From a virus: a stretch of 57,148 bases of DNA. Shown one piece after another: positions 27,001 through 37,368 of the stretch. A program made the position numbers and the translations under genes. The stretch lies in IMG/VR virus record IMGVR_UViG_3300045988_048750. One strand, given 5' to 3'. The notes under the pieces were generated by a model. That model was not told the origin of the DNA. It worked only from the letters and a program-made list of their open reading frames with translations, and did no database searches. Position 1 is the first letter of the stretch. Each line of letters begins with the position of its first letter.

Positions 27001-28680
27001 GTCACGCAAAGTAGCCGCATCCTGCTTAACCGAGGTCATTTCTCTGTTGATGTCAGTAATCTGAGTCTTGACACTGCTGACATCCTTATTTGCCTGAGCA
27101 GCAGAGCTTAGAGCACTATCAGCAGTAGACTGAGCATTGCTAGCAGCTGTATTAGCGTTAGATGCAGCCTCATTAGCTTTCTCTGCTGAAGACTGAGCCG
27201 AATTGGCAGCAGTTGTCGCATCGTCAGCAGCCTTCTTAGCGGTGTCTGCCGCATTCTTAGCCTCAGTAGCCTTCTTTTCAACAAGGGTTACCTTAGCTTT
27301 AGTATCGTTTGAAGTAGACGAAGCATCTTCTGCTTTACTTACAGCTGAGTTAGCTATGTCTGTTACCTTGTCGGCTTTCTCAGCAGCGTCTGCAGCAGCA
27401 TCTGTCGCGGTATCCGCCTTATCTTTTGCTTCTTGAGCGAGCTTAGCTGAATTCTTAACATCAGTGCTTAGAGCATCGACTGTATCAAGACTTGTATTAA
27501 TTGAAGCATTAAGAGCTTTTAGATATGCACTCTGCTGGCCGGTAAGAGTATCATACGAAGCGCCTAAGTCAAAGGTAGTATTCTCAGGATTCATCAAATC
27601 GAGATCGATCGAATTGACCATGATGTACTCGTCTACCTTGCGGGGCTTAGAACGAACTCGTACCGCCTGACCGAGCTGAAGATGCTGGTACTTCTCGCCA
27701 AGAATAAGAGCAAGGTCTACGGCCCTGACTGAGATGGTGCGAGCAGGAGATAGCAGAGTATTAAGTGTCTTGCAGGCGTACTCAAGAAGACCGTCGTGAG
27801 TCTTGATATCGGTATTCGAGACATAGTACTCTCGATAACCGTAACGGGCGACAGCTTCTACATCATAAACCCTATCTCCCATTTTGACGATAGTCGAGGA
27901 GTATGGTGTGCCACCATCTGCGCAGCCTTCAAGAGTAATTGGCTTCATCTTAACATCAGTTTGACCCTCAGGAGGATCGGGCGTATACCCTGTTGCCACT
28001 ACTGCTGTATATTGAGTCTCCGCGGTAGTAGTCTTAGTAAAATCTAAAATATTGACACCGTAGTCAATAATCTGAGTATTGACATCATGGACGTCAGCGT
28101 AAAGATCAAGAATATTCAGATCATCCCGATAGCGTACGAACAGATAACCGCCAACAGAATTAAGAATCTTGTCCTCAATCTCTGAGGCAGTCGTTGGACG
28201 CTGTTCAGACGAACGATAGATATAATTGTTCTTATCAAGCATATTGCCCTGATTCACACCGACTGAGAAACGCTTGCGTGAGTCAAGACAATTAGAATTG
28301 TGCTGATTGATCAGCCATTGAAAATAACCATCAACTGTCGCCGGACAAGTTAGTGGTTGTTCTCCTTGCACAGTAGAGTACGGACGAACTCGAGTAGCAG
28401 TCAAGTAATCGAGAACGCCCGTACAAGAAACAGAGTAATTCCCCTCAAAGTCTTCATCTATTTTAGTAATCTCACCCTTGAATAGAATAAGATTGTTGAA
28501 ATAGATTCGAACTTCTCCTGCTCGCTCTTCAATTTTAGAATATAAAGAATGTGTAGAGGAGATAGTGAAATCGAAATATGAGGCGGCATTAAGCTTAGAA
28601 GAAAGCTTCGTATCGGTTATACGGTCATCCGTATAAGGATCGAAAAGAAGTTGATTATCATACAAAACCCTATAACCCAT
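24097..28680 (-). CDS. tail-associated lysin (Tal) / host-specificity fibre: an N-terminal prophage-tail-endopeptidase-like region, an Ala-rich coiled-coil repeat shaft, and a C-terminal binding region
   Basis: 1527 aa directly downstream of Dit; a long run of AKKAADDATTAANSAQSSAEKANEAASNAN-type repeats. Confidence 0.7.
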   Translation of the reverse strand: MGYRVLYDNQLLFDPYTDDRITDTKLSSKLNAASYFDFTISSTHSLYSKIEERAGEVRIYFNNLILFKGEITKIDEDFEGNYSVSCTGVLDYLTATRVRPYSTVQGEQPLTCPATVDGYFQWLINQHNSNCLDSRKRFSVGVNQGNMLDKNNYIYRSSEQRPTTASEIEDKILNSVGGYLFVRYRDDLNILDLYADVHDVNTQIIDYGVNILDFTKTTTAETQYTAVVATGYTPDPPEGQTDVKMKPITLEGCADGGTPYSSTIVKMGDRVYDVEAVARYGYREYYVSNTDIKTHDGLLEYACKTLNTLLSPARTISVRAVDLALILGEKYQHLQLGQAVRVRSKPRKVDEYIMVNSIDLDLMNPENTTFDLGASYDTLTGQQSAYLKALNASINTSLDTVDALSTDVKNSAKLAQEAKDKADTATDAAADAAEKADKVTDIANSAVSKAEDASSTSNDTKAKVTLVEKKATEAKNAADTAKKAADDATTAANSAQSSAEKANEAASNANTAASNAQSTADSALSSAAQANKDVSSVKTQITDINREMTSVKQDAATLRDDLTGQITTVKETMEADYTKKSELSATESNLKTEISKSAAGLRTEVSQTYSTKKELETTTKAAQTAQSTADAAKKAAESNASDLANAVSKFDGDISGLKDQIDGAIQTWFYDGIPNALTEPEVNWTTDKDRQTHLGDLYYDKHTGFCYRYMNQNGVYSWGRIQDTEVTKALADAANAQTTANAKKRIFVTTPKPPYDIGDLWVQGSNGDIMRCQTPKIASQTYAESDWVKASKYTDDTAVKNLSNTVERTYATKSTVNQLSDRIEQTVSSVEEVRTDASSAKTTADNAQKAANDAAAAANTAHETATAAQTAANEAQEHATSAATAASTAKANAAAAQAAANKANAALSDAQKNLEDLQNRADVTDEELTAAKNAVASAQTAADSANSAASKAKELANTAQSTANTAKQNAASAQSKANAAANAASAAQSTADTAKANAKKAQDAVDALKNRVTQAETKITQNSEAIALRATKTEVTSAINNVSIGGRNLLLNSNFLNGTSGWTTEENCKINAVPTDSLKEGNVYVLEIANTGRGRVCNNSRQEKYHLKNTQYSLQFKYKNEDSSPVTFYVGVEDNGLIIGNITAPADNTWRKFTATYTSPMTGSLTIRITSGTGRIFIGVPKLEYGNKVTDWSPAPEDYSTTTEMQSEIKQTADSITSAVSKTYQTKTDMQKYPTVNQTAVKYTFSGNQPDNSAKWIKLGTWTSSGDSQTCSIQVFTGNGYNGSANQNSDFSIFIKDGSQQTPSASVAFGVTVTLGLNCDNVKVQVRAKSSTVCDVWFYCPWYYGTGSYMVDRGSGKWEHSGLNQTAEPTDGTSQNIFMAGHLTSEETYSAINQRADQISSTVAATYINNETLSSYATKSQLEQTSTSLTSRIQTTEKTVSGMSTTVKNVDDYMTFARENNQPTLTIGSSSSSFRTKLTNTSEKFMQGNQTIMELDGVTSTVKASRVQMGHYQWRDTGTSMQLVYIA

Positions 28681-28698
28681 GCTATCTCCAAATAAATC

Positions 28699-29127
28699 TT
28701 AAGAAGCTTTTACCATGCCAATAACATGGACATAAATCCATCGAGTATTATTATCAGACGACGCTTTATATATGTAGCAATCGAGCGCTGTGCCACCGCC
28801 ATGTGTGTTGCAATAAGAAATATGTGAATCACTACGGTTATCTACGCCGCCACATACGCTAACGCAAGGCTCTTCCGAGAACGCAAACGGGAACGTAACA
28901 CCGCTTTGAAGCTGTCCGCTAGCAGTCGTTGCCGGGAACGTAATTTTTGCCCAAGCTTCAGCTATTCCGCTTTTGAATTTTCGATATCGCCATTGACCGC
29001 TCTTGCCCTGTTCGACGACATAGTCATATCCAAGCTTATCGAGCACTTCAAAATTTTGACTAAGCACTGAAGCATTTACAAAATCGCTTCCATTAATAGT
29101 AGACAACCCAAGATTTGGTGTAGGCAT
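28699..29127 (-). CDS. hypothetical tail-tip associated protein
   Basis: 142-aa ORF between Dit and Tal. Confidence 0.45.
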   Translation of the reverse strand: MPTPNLGLSTINGSDFVNASVLSQNFEVLDKLGYDYVVEQGKSGQWRYRKFKSGIAEAWAKITFPATTASGQLQSGVTFPFAFSEEPCVSVCGGVDNRSDSHISYCNTHGGGTALDCYIYKASSDNNTRWIYVHVIGMVKAS

Positions 29128-30017
29128 TATAAATCCTCCCAGTCATAAGTTAGATATACAACTTTTGTCTCTTCATTACCAATTACGAAGTTCAGATCAT
29201 TCCATGTTTTATCGGACAATTCGTTCCAACGAGTCTCAAATAAATCGTTCCAACATCTTGGTGCGTCATCATTTGGGACAGCAAATTTATGAATATCGTT
29301 CCATCGAATCGAACTAAGCGAATCCCACGTAGATTCGTAAGCTCCGTTTTCTTCAAGTTCATCCCAACGAACATATTCTAGAACTTTACTATTAACATAC
29401 AGTTCGTTATATCCGTCTTTAAAAATAACGTTATTCAATCGATACGTTCCAGCTGGAACAATTTCTTCTTTTCCATTAAACGATATTGTGGTTACAACGT
29501 CGCTTTCGATAACTGGGTATACAGGCCGCCTACCAGACTCAAAACGATACAGATTACCGCCAGTAGCATTAAGTCGATAAGCGCAATGCTCTTTCAACTT
29601 ATATGGATTTGCGTCGACCTTAATCTTGAATTGTCCTAGAAGGCCATTTGCATAAGTCTCGTGGCTATAGGAATCCACAGAAAAACGTCCGTGGTAGGTA
29701 TAACCAGGATCCATTGTCATCGTGTAATCAAATGCTCGACCATGGAGGAAATTACTTACCTCAGTCTTGACCTTCTCGAAATTCTTTACGTCGATAACCG
29801 CAAACGTGAATTCCTGCTTGCGGTTCTTGTAGGCGACATCCCCGGTAAGCGCCTCGGTCAAATCAATAACTCCGTTGCCTCCAGGGATGTCGACCGTATA
29901 AGTCTTAGGCTCAGGAGGCTCCAGCGTGTAACCATCCAACAGAACCATCTGAAAACGAATTGACAAATCAACACCGTTTACAATTAGACGGTTGTTGGGT
30001 AAATCTGGGTAACTCAC
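29127..30017 (-). CDS. distal tail protein (Dit)
   Basis: position right after the TMP; N-terminal LIVNGVDLSIRFQMVLLDGYTL typical of siphovirus Dit. Confidence 0.65.
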   Translation of the reverse strand: MSYPDLPNNRLIVNGVDLSIRFQMVLLDGYTLEPPEPKTYTVDIPGGNGVIDLTEALTGDVAYKNRKQEFTFAVIDVKNFEKVKTEVSNFLHGRAFDYTMTMDPGYTYHGRFSVDSYSHETYANGLLGQFKIKVDANPYKLKEHCAYRLNATGGNLYRFESGRRPVYPVIESDVVTTISFNGKEEIVPAGTYRLNNVIFKDGYNELYVNSKVLEYVRWDELEENGAYESTWDSLSSIRWNDIHKFAVPNDDAPRCWNDLFETRWNELSDKTWNDLNFVIGNEETKVVYLTYDWEDL

Positions 30018-33000
30018 GCCAGACCTCCTCTCCTAGAAAGAACGCCAAGCTGCTGATTCATAGGCTTGACAATGGACGAAGCAAGTTTCTTGCCGTCAAC
30101 ATACATTGCAGTCTCAGTATTGGCCACAGCATCAGCGTAGCTTCCGAGATTATCGTTGAGTTCGTTGATAGCGTTGAGAACTTGGGTGTTGGATGCTTCA
30201 ATGGCTTTCTGAGTTTCAGCCATGAGAGTGGCATTACTCTTAATCGGCTCAGCAATAACTCGACTAATATTAGCAGACAGATCCAAAGATCCGGTGTAAC
30301 GCCCGAAGTTCTTAGAGTCAATAACAGGAGTAATACTAGCATATCCCATTTTGAAATTTGAATAGCCATTAAGAAGATCCATCGTGTCTTGAGCAGTCTG
30401 AACGACAGCCTTAGACAAGTCTCCGCCAGCTTTCTCTGCAATCTTGGTGTTCTTCTTGAAACCAACTGCAAGGCCCATCACACACCATTTACCGATGGTG
30501 ATGAACTTCTTAGCAGGAGAACCAACGCCTGCTTCCTTGTTAGCCGCTTCGACGGCAGCCCTAGCAATACTACGAGCAGAAGCGGTTACAGCACTGGTCT
30601 TTGATGTGATACCATGAGCAAGACCAATGGCACACCACGCACCAGCGGAATAGAATCCATCGTAGTAGCCGCGAAGAGTACTGGCTACACCACTCAAAGC
30701 TGAAGATGCAGCAGACTTGGCCTTAGAAGCATTCGATTGAATGCCGCTTGCTAGTGAACTCATCATCTTTGCGCCTACGCTATGGAACTTTGAACCCATC
30801 GAGCTAGCTGCACTAATCATAGCCGTAACGACGATTCGAACTGCACTAGTCGGAGCTGCACTTGATCCGTTAATACCGGCTGCAAGGTTAGTCATAGCAG
30901 AGGTTCCGCTCTGACCAAATGTAGCCACGGCAGTCGTGCAAGACGTAACCATATTACTGACTACTGCAGTAACCGCACTTGTAGCAGCTCCACTACCAGC
31001 AGCCACACCAGCAGCCAGATTCTGCATTAGACCACTTCCGGCAACAGTAAGCTGTGGACCAGCATTCTGGAATGCAGCAACCAAACCCGCGACATTAGTC
31101 TTAGCCAATTCATTAACTGCCGACACAAAGCTGGTAACTCCGTCTCCACTGAAATCAGTAAGACCAGAAGTAAATTTAGCAACAGAGTTCAAAGCGTCAA
31201 CCGCGGCAGAGCATGAACCGTAATCCTTGCCCATGGTCATAGTTGCAAAATTAGCAGCGGCCATGCCGAGGTTCTCGAATTTGGTCTTAAGGCCAGCAGT
31301 AGAGAAATTAGACTGAAGTGACTGCATATTATCACTTGCGGTAGCTTTTGCAATTCGATTAAGAATGGAAATAGCTCCAGATACGCCATCAGTAACAATT
31401 CCAGTCGTAGCATCACCAAACTTCTTCGCTGCTTCACCCAAAGGAACAAGCTTAGAAGACATGTTTGAAATGCCTTCAGACTGAGAACCGAAGATCATTC
31501 CAGCAAGACCGCCCTCAGTCGGGAAGTTCATACCCATGATTTCACTAATAGCCCTTACAGCCGAAACCCCATTTTGAATTGCCTCAACATTTACATCAGC
31601 TGAAGCATTTCCAAACTTGACAGCTGCAGCAGCAATCTTAGGAAGAGCTTCCGACATGTTATCAATGCCCTCAGATTGAGAGCCAGTAAACAGTCCAGAA
31701 AGTCCACCCTCAGTAGGCATAGCATCAATAACTTGCTTAAGAATTGGAGCAGCAACTGCACCCTTTGTCATTCCAGCAACGTTAATATCAGCTGCTTTCT
31801 CAGAAAACTTCACAAGAGCATCTGCATATTGTCCCATACGTTCAGCGGGACTACTACCGGTAAAGAAATCACCAATGTTGGAAATACCCTGAAGCAAATC
31901 AGCAGCAGTTAATTTCAGCAACGCTGTAGCCAGTGAAGAAACACCGCTAAAGTCCATTCCGGACAACTGCTTGATCTTTGTGAACGTTGGATCAAGATTC
32001 ACAAAGAAATTACTGAGGTTTGTAGCAATATCAGGCAGATGATCGCTTAAACTCTCAAGTGCTCCGCCGACAAATGCGCCAAGAGCTTCTCCTAACCCTT
32101 CTCCAATTTTCTTAAGAACTGGAATACCAGTATTAAGCCATTGCTGAAGTTGAGGGAAGTTAGTCGTTAAAGCTCCAAGGCTTACAAGCAGTGCGGCGAC
32201 AATCGCAATCACAGCATCCATAGCAGCAGCACCTGCAATAGCAAACTCTGCAGCAGGGCCGATTGCGGCTAATATCGCAGTAGCTGCACTGAAAGCCAAC
32301 AAAAGAGTGCTTAGAGCAATGGCGTTAGGAATTGCATCCTGAACTTTAAGAGCAGACATAGCAGAAAGAATAACTGCAAGAAGAACACAGGCAGCTCCCA
32401 TTGCTACAAGTGCAGGAACAATACCTGTTATTTGACCGTTAATCGTAGATAGAATCTTGACTGAAACTGCAAACGAATTCAAAAGAATGCCCACACCGAT
32501 TGCATTTTCAATTGCTTTGTCAGTTTTAAATGCTGACATCACAATAAGGATGGCTCCGAGAGCGGCAGTCACACCTAGCATTTCGGCCAGAACTTTACCA
32601 CTGACTTTAATATCGCCGTTAATCGTAGACAGAATCTTGATCGACGCAGCGAATGCCAATAGCAATGATGCTAAGCCAACGGCATTAGGCAAAGCATTTT
32701 CGACCTTAAGTTCACTCATGGCCCAAATAACGCCAGCCATAGCTACAACAACAGTGGTCAGAAGCAGAACTGTAGTTAGAACATTACCAAATTTAACGTT
32801 CTGAAGGCCTTCGCAAGCCTTGATCATAGCAGCAAACACAAGTCCCATTGCACTTACAGCAACGACGCCCTGTACGCATTTGGAAGTATCCATCATGCCA
32901 AGAGCAATAGCGCACGCTGTCATAGCAACAATCACTACGGTCATAGCAACGATAGATTTCTCAGCGCCCATGAGAGCATTCTCATTTATCCCGTTACAGG

Positions 33001-36000
33001 CTTTCATGATAGCTGCGAACATAAGACCGAGAATACCTACAGCAACAACACCCTTACCCAGTTGGTCAGTGTCGACATATCCACAGAGGATAGCTACTGC
33101 GATAAGGGCTGCAATACCAATAGAAAGAGCCGCTACAGTTCCTCCTATTTTGATTGCTGTAGGCCCGCCATAGCGAGTGACTATGACAACCAATGCGGCC
33201 ATCATTCCACCGAAGATACCAATAGCTTTTGCGCCAGCTGCGAACTCTTCAGGTTTAAGCTTCGCTGCTAGTTTAGAAATACCAATCAGTAGACCGATGC
33301 TAACCGTAATCGCAAGAATAGTTCCAGCAACTCCAATAAGAGCTGCTCCATTAGAAGCAATTACATGAATGATTGCTGCAAATAGAAGACCCAGTACAGT
33401 CACAGCGACCATACCTTGATCCATGTCATTTCGATCCATAGAACCGAAAAGTTTCACCGCTGCTGCCATGAGAATCAAAGCAACACCCAATGACTTAAAC
33501 ATCGTTCCGATCTCGACAGCCTTGCTAACGGGCATCATGTTGCTAACAGCAACGAGAGCTGCTATAAACGTGATCATGGCTCCTACCACAACAGTTCCCT
33601 GTGTAGCTTGTGCCTCACTCATAGTACCAACGATCGCTAAGGCCGCAGACATAAGCAATAACGCAGCACCGAGTTTGACAAACATGGACCCGGCTTGTGT
33701 CAGTGCCTTGCCATCTCCGCCTTTCTTAGTCATATTAAGAATGAGTGCAATCATAGCAGTCATAGCGAGCATCAAATTTCCAAGCGCATCTACTGCTTGA
33801 GTTGCTCCAGCAGAGTCAATTGAAGAAATGAGCCAAATAGCGCCAGCCACCATAGCAATCATACCGCCAAGAGCAGCAAACATAACGCCCATTGCCGCAA
33901 ATGCTATAGAATTAGCAGGAGTAGCTACCTTTGATGCAATAGCAGCCACAACACCAATAGCTAGAATCAATCCGCCCAATGCAGCAGTCGCAGCAGCTAA
34001 ATTAGCCAAAGGCATATCGCCAATAAGTTTGATTGCAATAGCCATCACACCGATTGCCAAAGCAAGGTTCAAAATACCATGAGCGACAGCCATGAACTTT
34101 ACTCCGCCAAGCAAACTCTTAAAGCTTAGAACAGTCTTAGATAGAGCCTGTACCAACGGATCAAATGTCGAAAACGGTTTAGTAACATTAGTGAGGGTCT
34201 TACTTAATGCATTAATGTTATCAGAAAACTTCTTAATTACAACAAGAGCACCAATAGCTCCAGCCATTGATAGCAAGGGCTTCCAATTAATGCCCTGAAT
34301 AAAGTCAGTAAGAGCATTTCCAGTACTTTGAGCATCGGTCTTAAGACCCGTCATAGTCTCGAAGAAACGGTCTTTAACTTTCGCAAGGGTATCCAACCCA
34401 TTTTGAAAAAGTTGACCGAAATCGATAGGGGCGAGTCCAGCTATGTAATCCTTTGCATAAGTAGCAACCTCATCAATAGCTTGTTTGACAGTCTTTTTAC
34501 CCTTAGAGCTATCTGACTTACCAAACAAATCATCTAGCAAACCGCTGAGAGACTCTTTTGCCTTTTTGACTTTTTCGTCAATGTCGTCAAACGGAATGAG
34601 TTGCTCCATAAACTTCTTAAGCGGTTCAATGACATCAGAGATGCTACCGCCCAAATCGCTAAAGAACGTCTTTAGTGGTTTACAAGAGTCATACCATTTG
34701 TCTACGGCTTGTGAGGCGCGTTTCACAGCCTCTTTGAGACTCAAAGTTCCATCAGCAACATTATCTATCAATTTCTTAATTATGCTGAGTGTCGGCTTAA
34801 ATGAATCAAATGCTTTCTTAAAGTTTTTTACGATAATGGTGCTGCCAACAAAGTTTTTAACATTAGAAACGATGCCGGATACAACGTCAATAAAAGTACT
34901 AAGAATGAAATATACGGAATCAAACACTCGACCGAGCACTTTAGCACTAGTGATAAAGTTAGTAAACTCAGCAATCGCGTTTCCGACACTACCAGTAAGA
35001 TCGAAAATAGTGCCGTCTGCTTTACCGATGATCTCAGCAGCTAGCTTCAGGGCCACAGTGAATGTGCCAGACAGAATAGAACTAATTAGCTTCAAAGGTG
35101 CAAGCAAACCAGCAAGTGTATTACTCATCGCTTCACTATGGGCATCCAAATAATTAAACGCCCAAGCAGTTGCCTGTTGAATATCGCTCAGCACATCAAT
35201 AATCTGGCTAGCATTAATCGGCTTAAACATTTTCTCAAATGCTTTCTGGGCAATTTCAGCCAGTTTGAGAAGACTATTGACGAAATTCATAATTATTCCG
35301 TCGGTCTGATTAAATATCAGATCTCGTCCACCACGAGAGCCCAAAGAACTCATTAGGCGACTAAGCGATGATCCAGTTTTCTGAGCTTCATCGGAGAAAA
35401 CACGAAGCTTATCAACTTCTTCTTGTGTATATCCAATATTCTTTAATTGCTCATCGCTAAGGTCTTCTAGAGTTAAAGCATGACCCTTAACTGTTTTGTT
35501 AACCAAATCCTGAACTTTAGAATAATCATAACCAGCATCAGTAAGAGCTTGATATCGCTCTTCGCTAGTTTTCAGGTCGCTATTCCAAACTCGTTTGACA
35601 GTATCCTGAAAAGATAAAAGTTTTTGATTAAACTGATCTTGAGAATTACCAGCTGCTTTAGAAGCGTCCACCAAATTTTTGAGAGTTTCTGCGACTAAAG
35701 ATCCAGCATTGTCGCACCGTGATAGTGCAGCTTCGAAGCTACCGTATTTCTCAATAAGAGAGTTGATATCGATGCCGTGAGCATTAGCAATTTCAGTTAG
35801 TTTACTCTTAAAGCTATCAAGGCTTATGCCAGCAGCTGTAATTTTATCAACAAATTGTCCCCAAGACCCTTGCATCACACTCTTGACAAGTGTGTTTCGA
35901 GCCGTTGAGATTTTGCCAATGACATCACCAAATACAGTAGTCAAGCCAGTCCAAAGAGTTTTTGCCTCTTCGAAATTACCAAAGATAAGTTCAAAAGTTT

Positions 36001-36982
36001 CAGCCCAACCAGAGCCAGCAGACTCCTTGAGGGTATCCCACATCATGCTAAAGGTTTTAACATCCTTAGCTGCTGCGAATGCTTTCTTACCGATATCTGT
36101 AGTTTCATCGGCATATCGACCAAGAGTTGTAACGAGAACATCAGTAGTTAACCACTGTGATGACAACGAATCGTTAAACATCGAAGTCGCATCAAACGCA
36201 GCTGACACATGACCGGTAGCATCCTTTGTTGTGGAAACATACTTTCCGTTTTGCTCAACGAGGGTTCCCATCGCAACGGCTGTTTGAATAAGTTGATTCT
36301 TAAAATCTACTGTAGCCATATTGGCCAACTCGATAGATTTCCAGTCAATTAACTTAACCGAACCCTGCGACAACGCCTGAGCAAAGTTGTACATTGCTCG
36401 AGAAGCTTCGTTCGCATTTGCACCAGAAATGGCAGCTTCGTTAGAAATACCCTGAATTGCAGCTACAGCTTTGTCGAGACCGACACCAGCATTTGTAAAT
36501 TTGCCAATGTTGGCGGTCATATCAGAAAACGAATAAATGGTTTTATCAGCATAGGTATTCAGTTCATCAAAATACCTACCGACTTCTTCGACAGAAGCAC
36601 CAGTAGCGTTCATAATGTTCTGAACAGATCCCATTTTGAGTTCGTACTCTGAAAAACCTTGAGTTCGAGGTTCAATCGCGAACGTGTTAATAAGATTCTT
36701 GCCAAGACCGAGAAGCGAGTTGGTAATATTACTTATTGCGGTAATGCCGGCTACCTGAAAAGCCGAAAACTTAACAGACGCAATGTCTAGTCCGTTGCTT
36801 ACTCCGGAAAAGTCAATTTTATCTGAAGCTTTCTGAATAGAGGTTAGTCCAGCTTCTGCACCTTTGAACTTAAGCTTGTCTTTAAGCTTGTCCAAGGTAG
36901 ACATGGTATTCTTGACATTAGCCTCGAAGTCTCGGTTATCAAACTTCATCTCAACGACTTTGCTGTCAATAGAATTACTCAT
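30014..36982 (-). CDS. tape measure protein (2322 aa) with a long central multi-TM/Gly-Ala-rich region
   Basis: size, position between the chaperones and Dit; helical N-terminus and Ala-rich C-terminus. Confidence 0.8.
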   Translation of the reverse strand: MSNSIDSKVVEMKFDNRDFEANVKNTMSTLDKLKDKLKFKGAEAGLTSIQKASDKIDFSGVSNGLDIASVKFSAFQVAGITAISNITNSLLGLGKNLINTFAIEPRTQGFSEYELKMGSVQNIMNATGASVEEVGRYFDELNTYADKTIYSFSDMTANIGKFTNAGVGLDKAVAAIQGISNEAAISGANANEASRAMYNFAQALSQGSVKLIDWKSIELANMATVDFKNQLIQTAVAMGTLVEQNGKYVSTTKDATGHVSAAFDATSMFNDSLSSQWLTTDVLVTTLGRYADETTDIGKKAFAAAKDVKTFSMMWDTLKESAGSGWAETFELIFGNFEEAKTLWTGLTTVFGDVIGKISTARNTLVKSVMQGSWGQFVDKITAAGISLDSFKSKLTEIANAHGIDINSLIEKYGSFEAALSRCDNAGSLVAETLKNLVDASKAAGNSQDQFNQKLLSFQDTVKRVWNSDLKTSEERYQALTDAGYDYSKVQDLVNKTVKGHALTLEDLSDEQLKNIGYTQEEVDKLRVFSDEAQKTGSSLSRLMSSLGSRGGRDLIFNQTDGIIMNFVNSLLKLAEIAQKAFEKMFKPINASQIIDVLSDIQQATAWAFNYLDAHSEAMSNTLAGLLAPLKLISSILSGTFTVALKLAAEIIGKADGTIFDLTGSVGNAIAEFTNFITSAKVLGRVFDSVYFILSTFIDVVSGIVSNVKNFVGSTIIVKNFKKAFDSFKPTLSIIKKLIDNVADGTLSLKEAVKRASQAVDKWYDSCKPLKTFFSDLGGSISDVIEPLKKFMEQLIPFDDIDEKVKKAKESLSGLLDDLFGKSDSSKGKKTVKQAIDEVATYAKDYIAGLAPIDFGQLFQNGLDTLAKVKDRFFETMTGLKTDAQSTGNALTDFIQGINWKPLLSMAGAIGALVVIKKFSDNINALSKTLTNVTKPFSTFDPLVQALSKTVLSFKSLLGGVKFMAVAHGILNLALAIGVMAIAIKLIGDMPLANLAAATAALGGLILAIGVVAAIASKVATPANSIAFAAMGVMFAALGGMIAMVAGAIWLISSIDSAGATQAVDALGNLMLAMTAMIALILNMTKKGGDGKALTQAGSMFVKLGAALLLMSAALAIVGTMSEAQATQGTVVVGAMITFIAALVAVSNMMPVSKAVEIGTMFKSLGVALILMAAAVKLFGSMDRNDMDQGMVAVTVLGLLFAAIIHVIASNGAALIGVAGTILAITVSIGLLIGISKLAAKLKPEEFAAGAKAIGIFGGMMAALVVIVTRYGGPTAIKIGGTVAALSIGIAALIAVAILCGYVDTDQLGKGVVAVGILGLMFAAIMKACNGINENALMGAEKSIVAMTVVIVAMTACAIALGMMDTSKCVQGVVAVSAMGLVFAAMIKACEGLQNVKFGNVLTTVLLLTTVVVAMAGVIWAMSELKVENALPNAVGLASLLLAFAASIKILSTINGDIKVSGKVLAEMLGVTAALGAILIVMSAFKTDKAIENAIGVGILLNSFAVSVKILSTINGQITGIVPALVAMGAACVLLAVILSAMSALKVQDAIPNAIALSTLLLAFSAATAILAAIGPAAEFAIAGAAAMDAVIAIVAALLVSLGALTTNFPQLQQWLNTGIPVLKKIGEGLGEALGAFVGGALESLSDHLPDIATNLSNFFVNLDPTFTKIKQLSGMDFSGVSSLATALLKLTAADLLQGISNIGDFFTGSSPAERMGQYADALVKFSEKAADINVAGMTKGAVAAPILKQVIDAMPTEGGLSGLFTGSQSEGIDNMSEALPKIAAAAVKFGNASADVNVEAIQNGVSAVRAISEIMGMNFPTEGGLAGMIFGSQSEGISNMSSKLVPLGEAAKKFGDATTGIVTDGVSGAISILNRIAKATASDNMQSLQSNFSTAGLKTKFENLGMAAANFATMTMGKDYGSCSAAVDALNSVAKFTSGLTDFSGDGVTSFVSAVNELAKTNVAGLVAAFQNAGPQLTVAGSGLMQNLAAGVAAGSGAATSAVTAVVSNMVTSCTTAVATFGQSGTSAMTNLAAGINGSSAAPTSAVRIVVTAMISAASSMGSKFHSVGAKMMSSLASGIQSNASKAKSAASSALSGVASTLRGYYDGFYSAGAWCAIGLAHGITSKTSAVTASARSIARAAVEAANKEAGVGSPAKKFITIGKWCVMGLAVGFKKNTKIAEKAGGDLSKAVVQTAQDTMDLLNGYSNFKMGYASITPVIDSKNFGRYTGSLDLSANISRVIAEPIKSNATLMAETQKAIEASNTQVLNAINELNDNLGSYADAVANTETAMYVDGKKLASSIVKPMNQQLGVLSRRGGLA

Positions 36983-37368
36983 AGCGAGATAACCTCCTTC
37001 CAGACTTCACGTACTAATTGTGTAAACAACGGATCGATTGCGGGGTTAATGTAGTCGCGTCCTTCTACCCAACCGCCGTTTCGAGTTCCGTGTCCATACT
37101 GCAGAATAATAGCAATGTTTACATTCTTATTAATGTTTGTATTAAGAAATTCAATGTTTACACCGCTAGATGTAACAACAATTCTGTAGTCCCAACTGGC
37201 TGCAGTTGTTCCACTATCAACTGGGGTTGCAGAAGCCAAAGCGGCTACCCCTCGTTGACCATACTTATCAAATATGCCCTTATCCAAAGCTTTTTGACAA
37301 CGCTTGAGCCATTTTTCAGTTCTTTTAAAATCTCCTTTTTCTGAAAATGAGATACGCACTAGCGTCAC
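36979..37368 (-). CDS. HK97 gp10-family-like phage tail/connector component
   Basis: C-terminal LQYGHGTRNGGWVEGRDYINPAID. Confidence 0.4.
   Translation of the reverse strand: MTLVRISFSEKGDFKRTEKWLKRCQKALDKGIFDKYGQRGVAALASATPVDSGTTAASWDYRIVVTSSGVNIEFLNTNINKNVNIAIILQYGHGTRNGGWVEGRDYINPAIDPLFTQLVREVWKEVISL

Noticed and set aside
25600-27500. Highly repetitive Ala/Ser/Thr-rich DNA that could look like a repeat array
   Set aside because: Repeats are imperfect and in frame. They encode the coiled-coil shaft of the 1527-aa tail fibre, not a CRISPR or satellite.
33062-33800. Plus-strand ORFs inside the tape-measure gene
   Set aside because: Artefacts of Gly/Ala-rich codon composition on the opposite strand.
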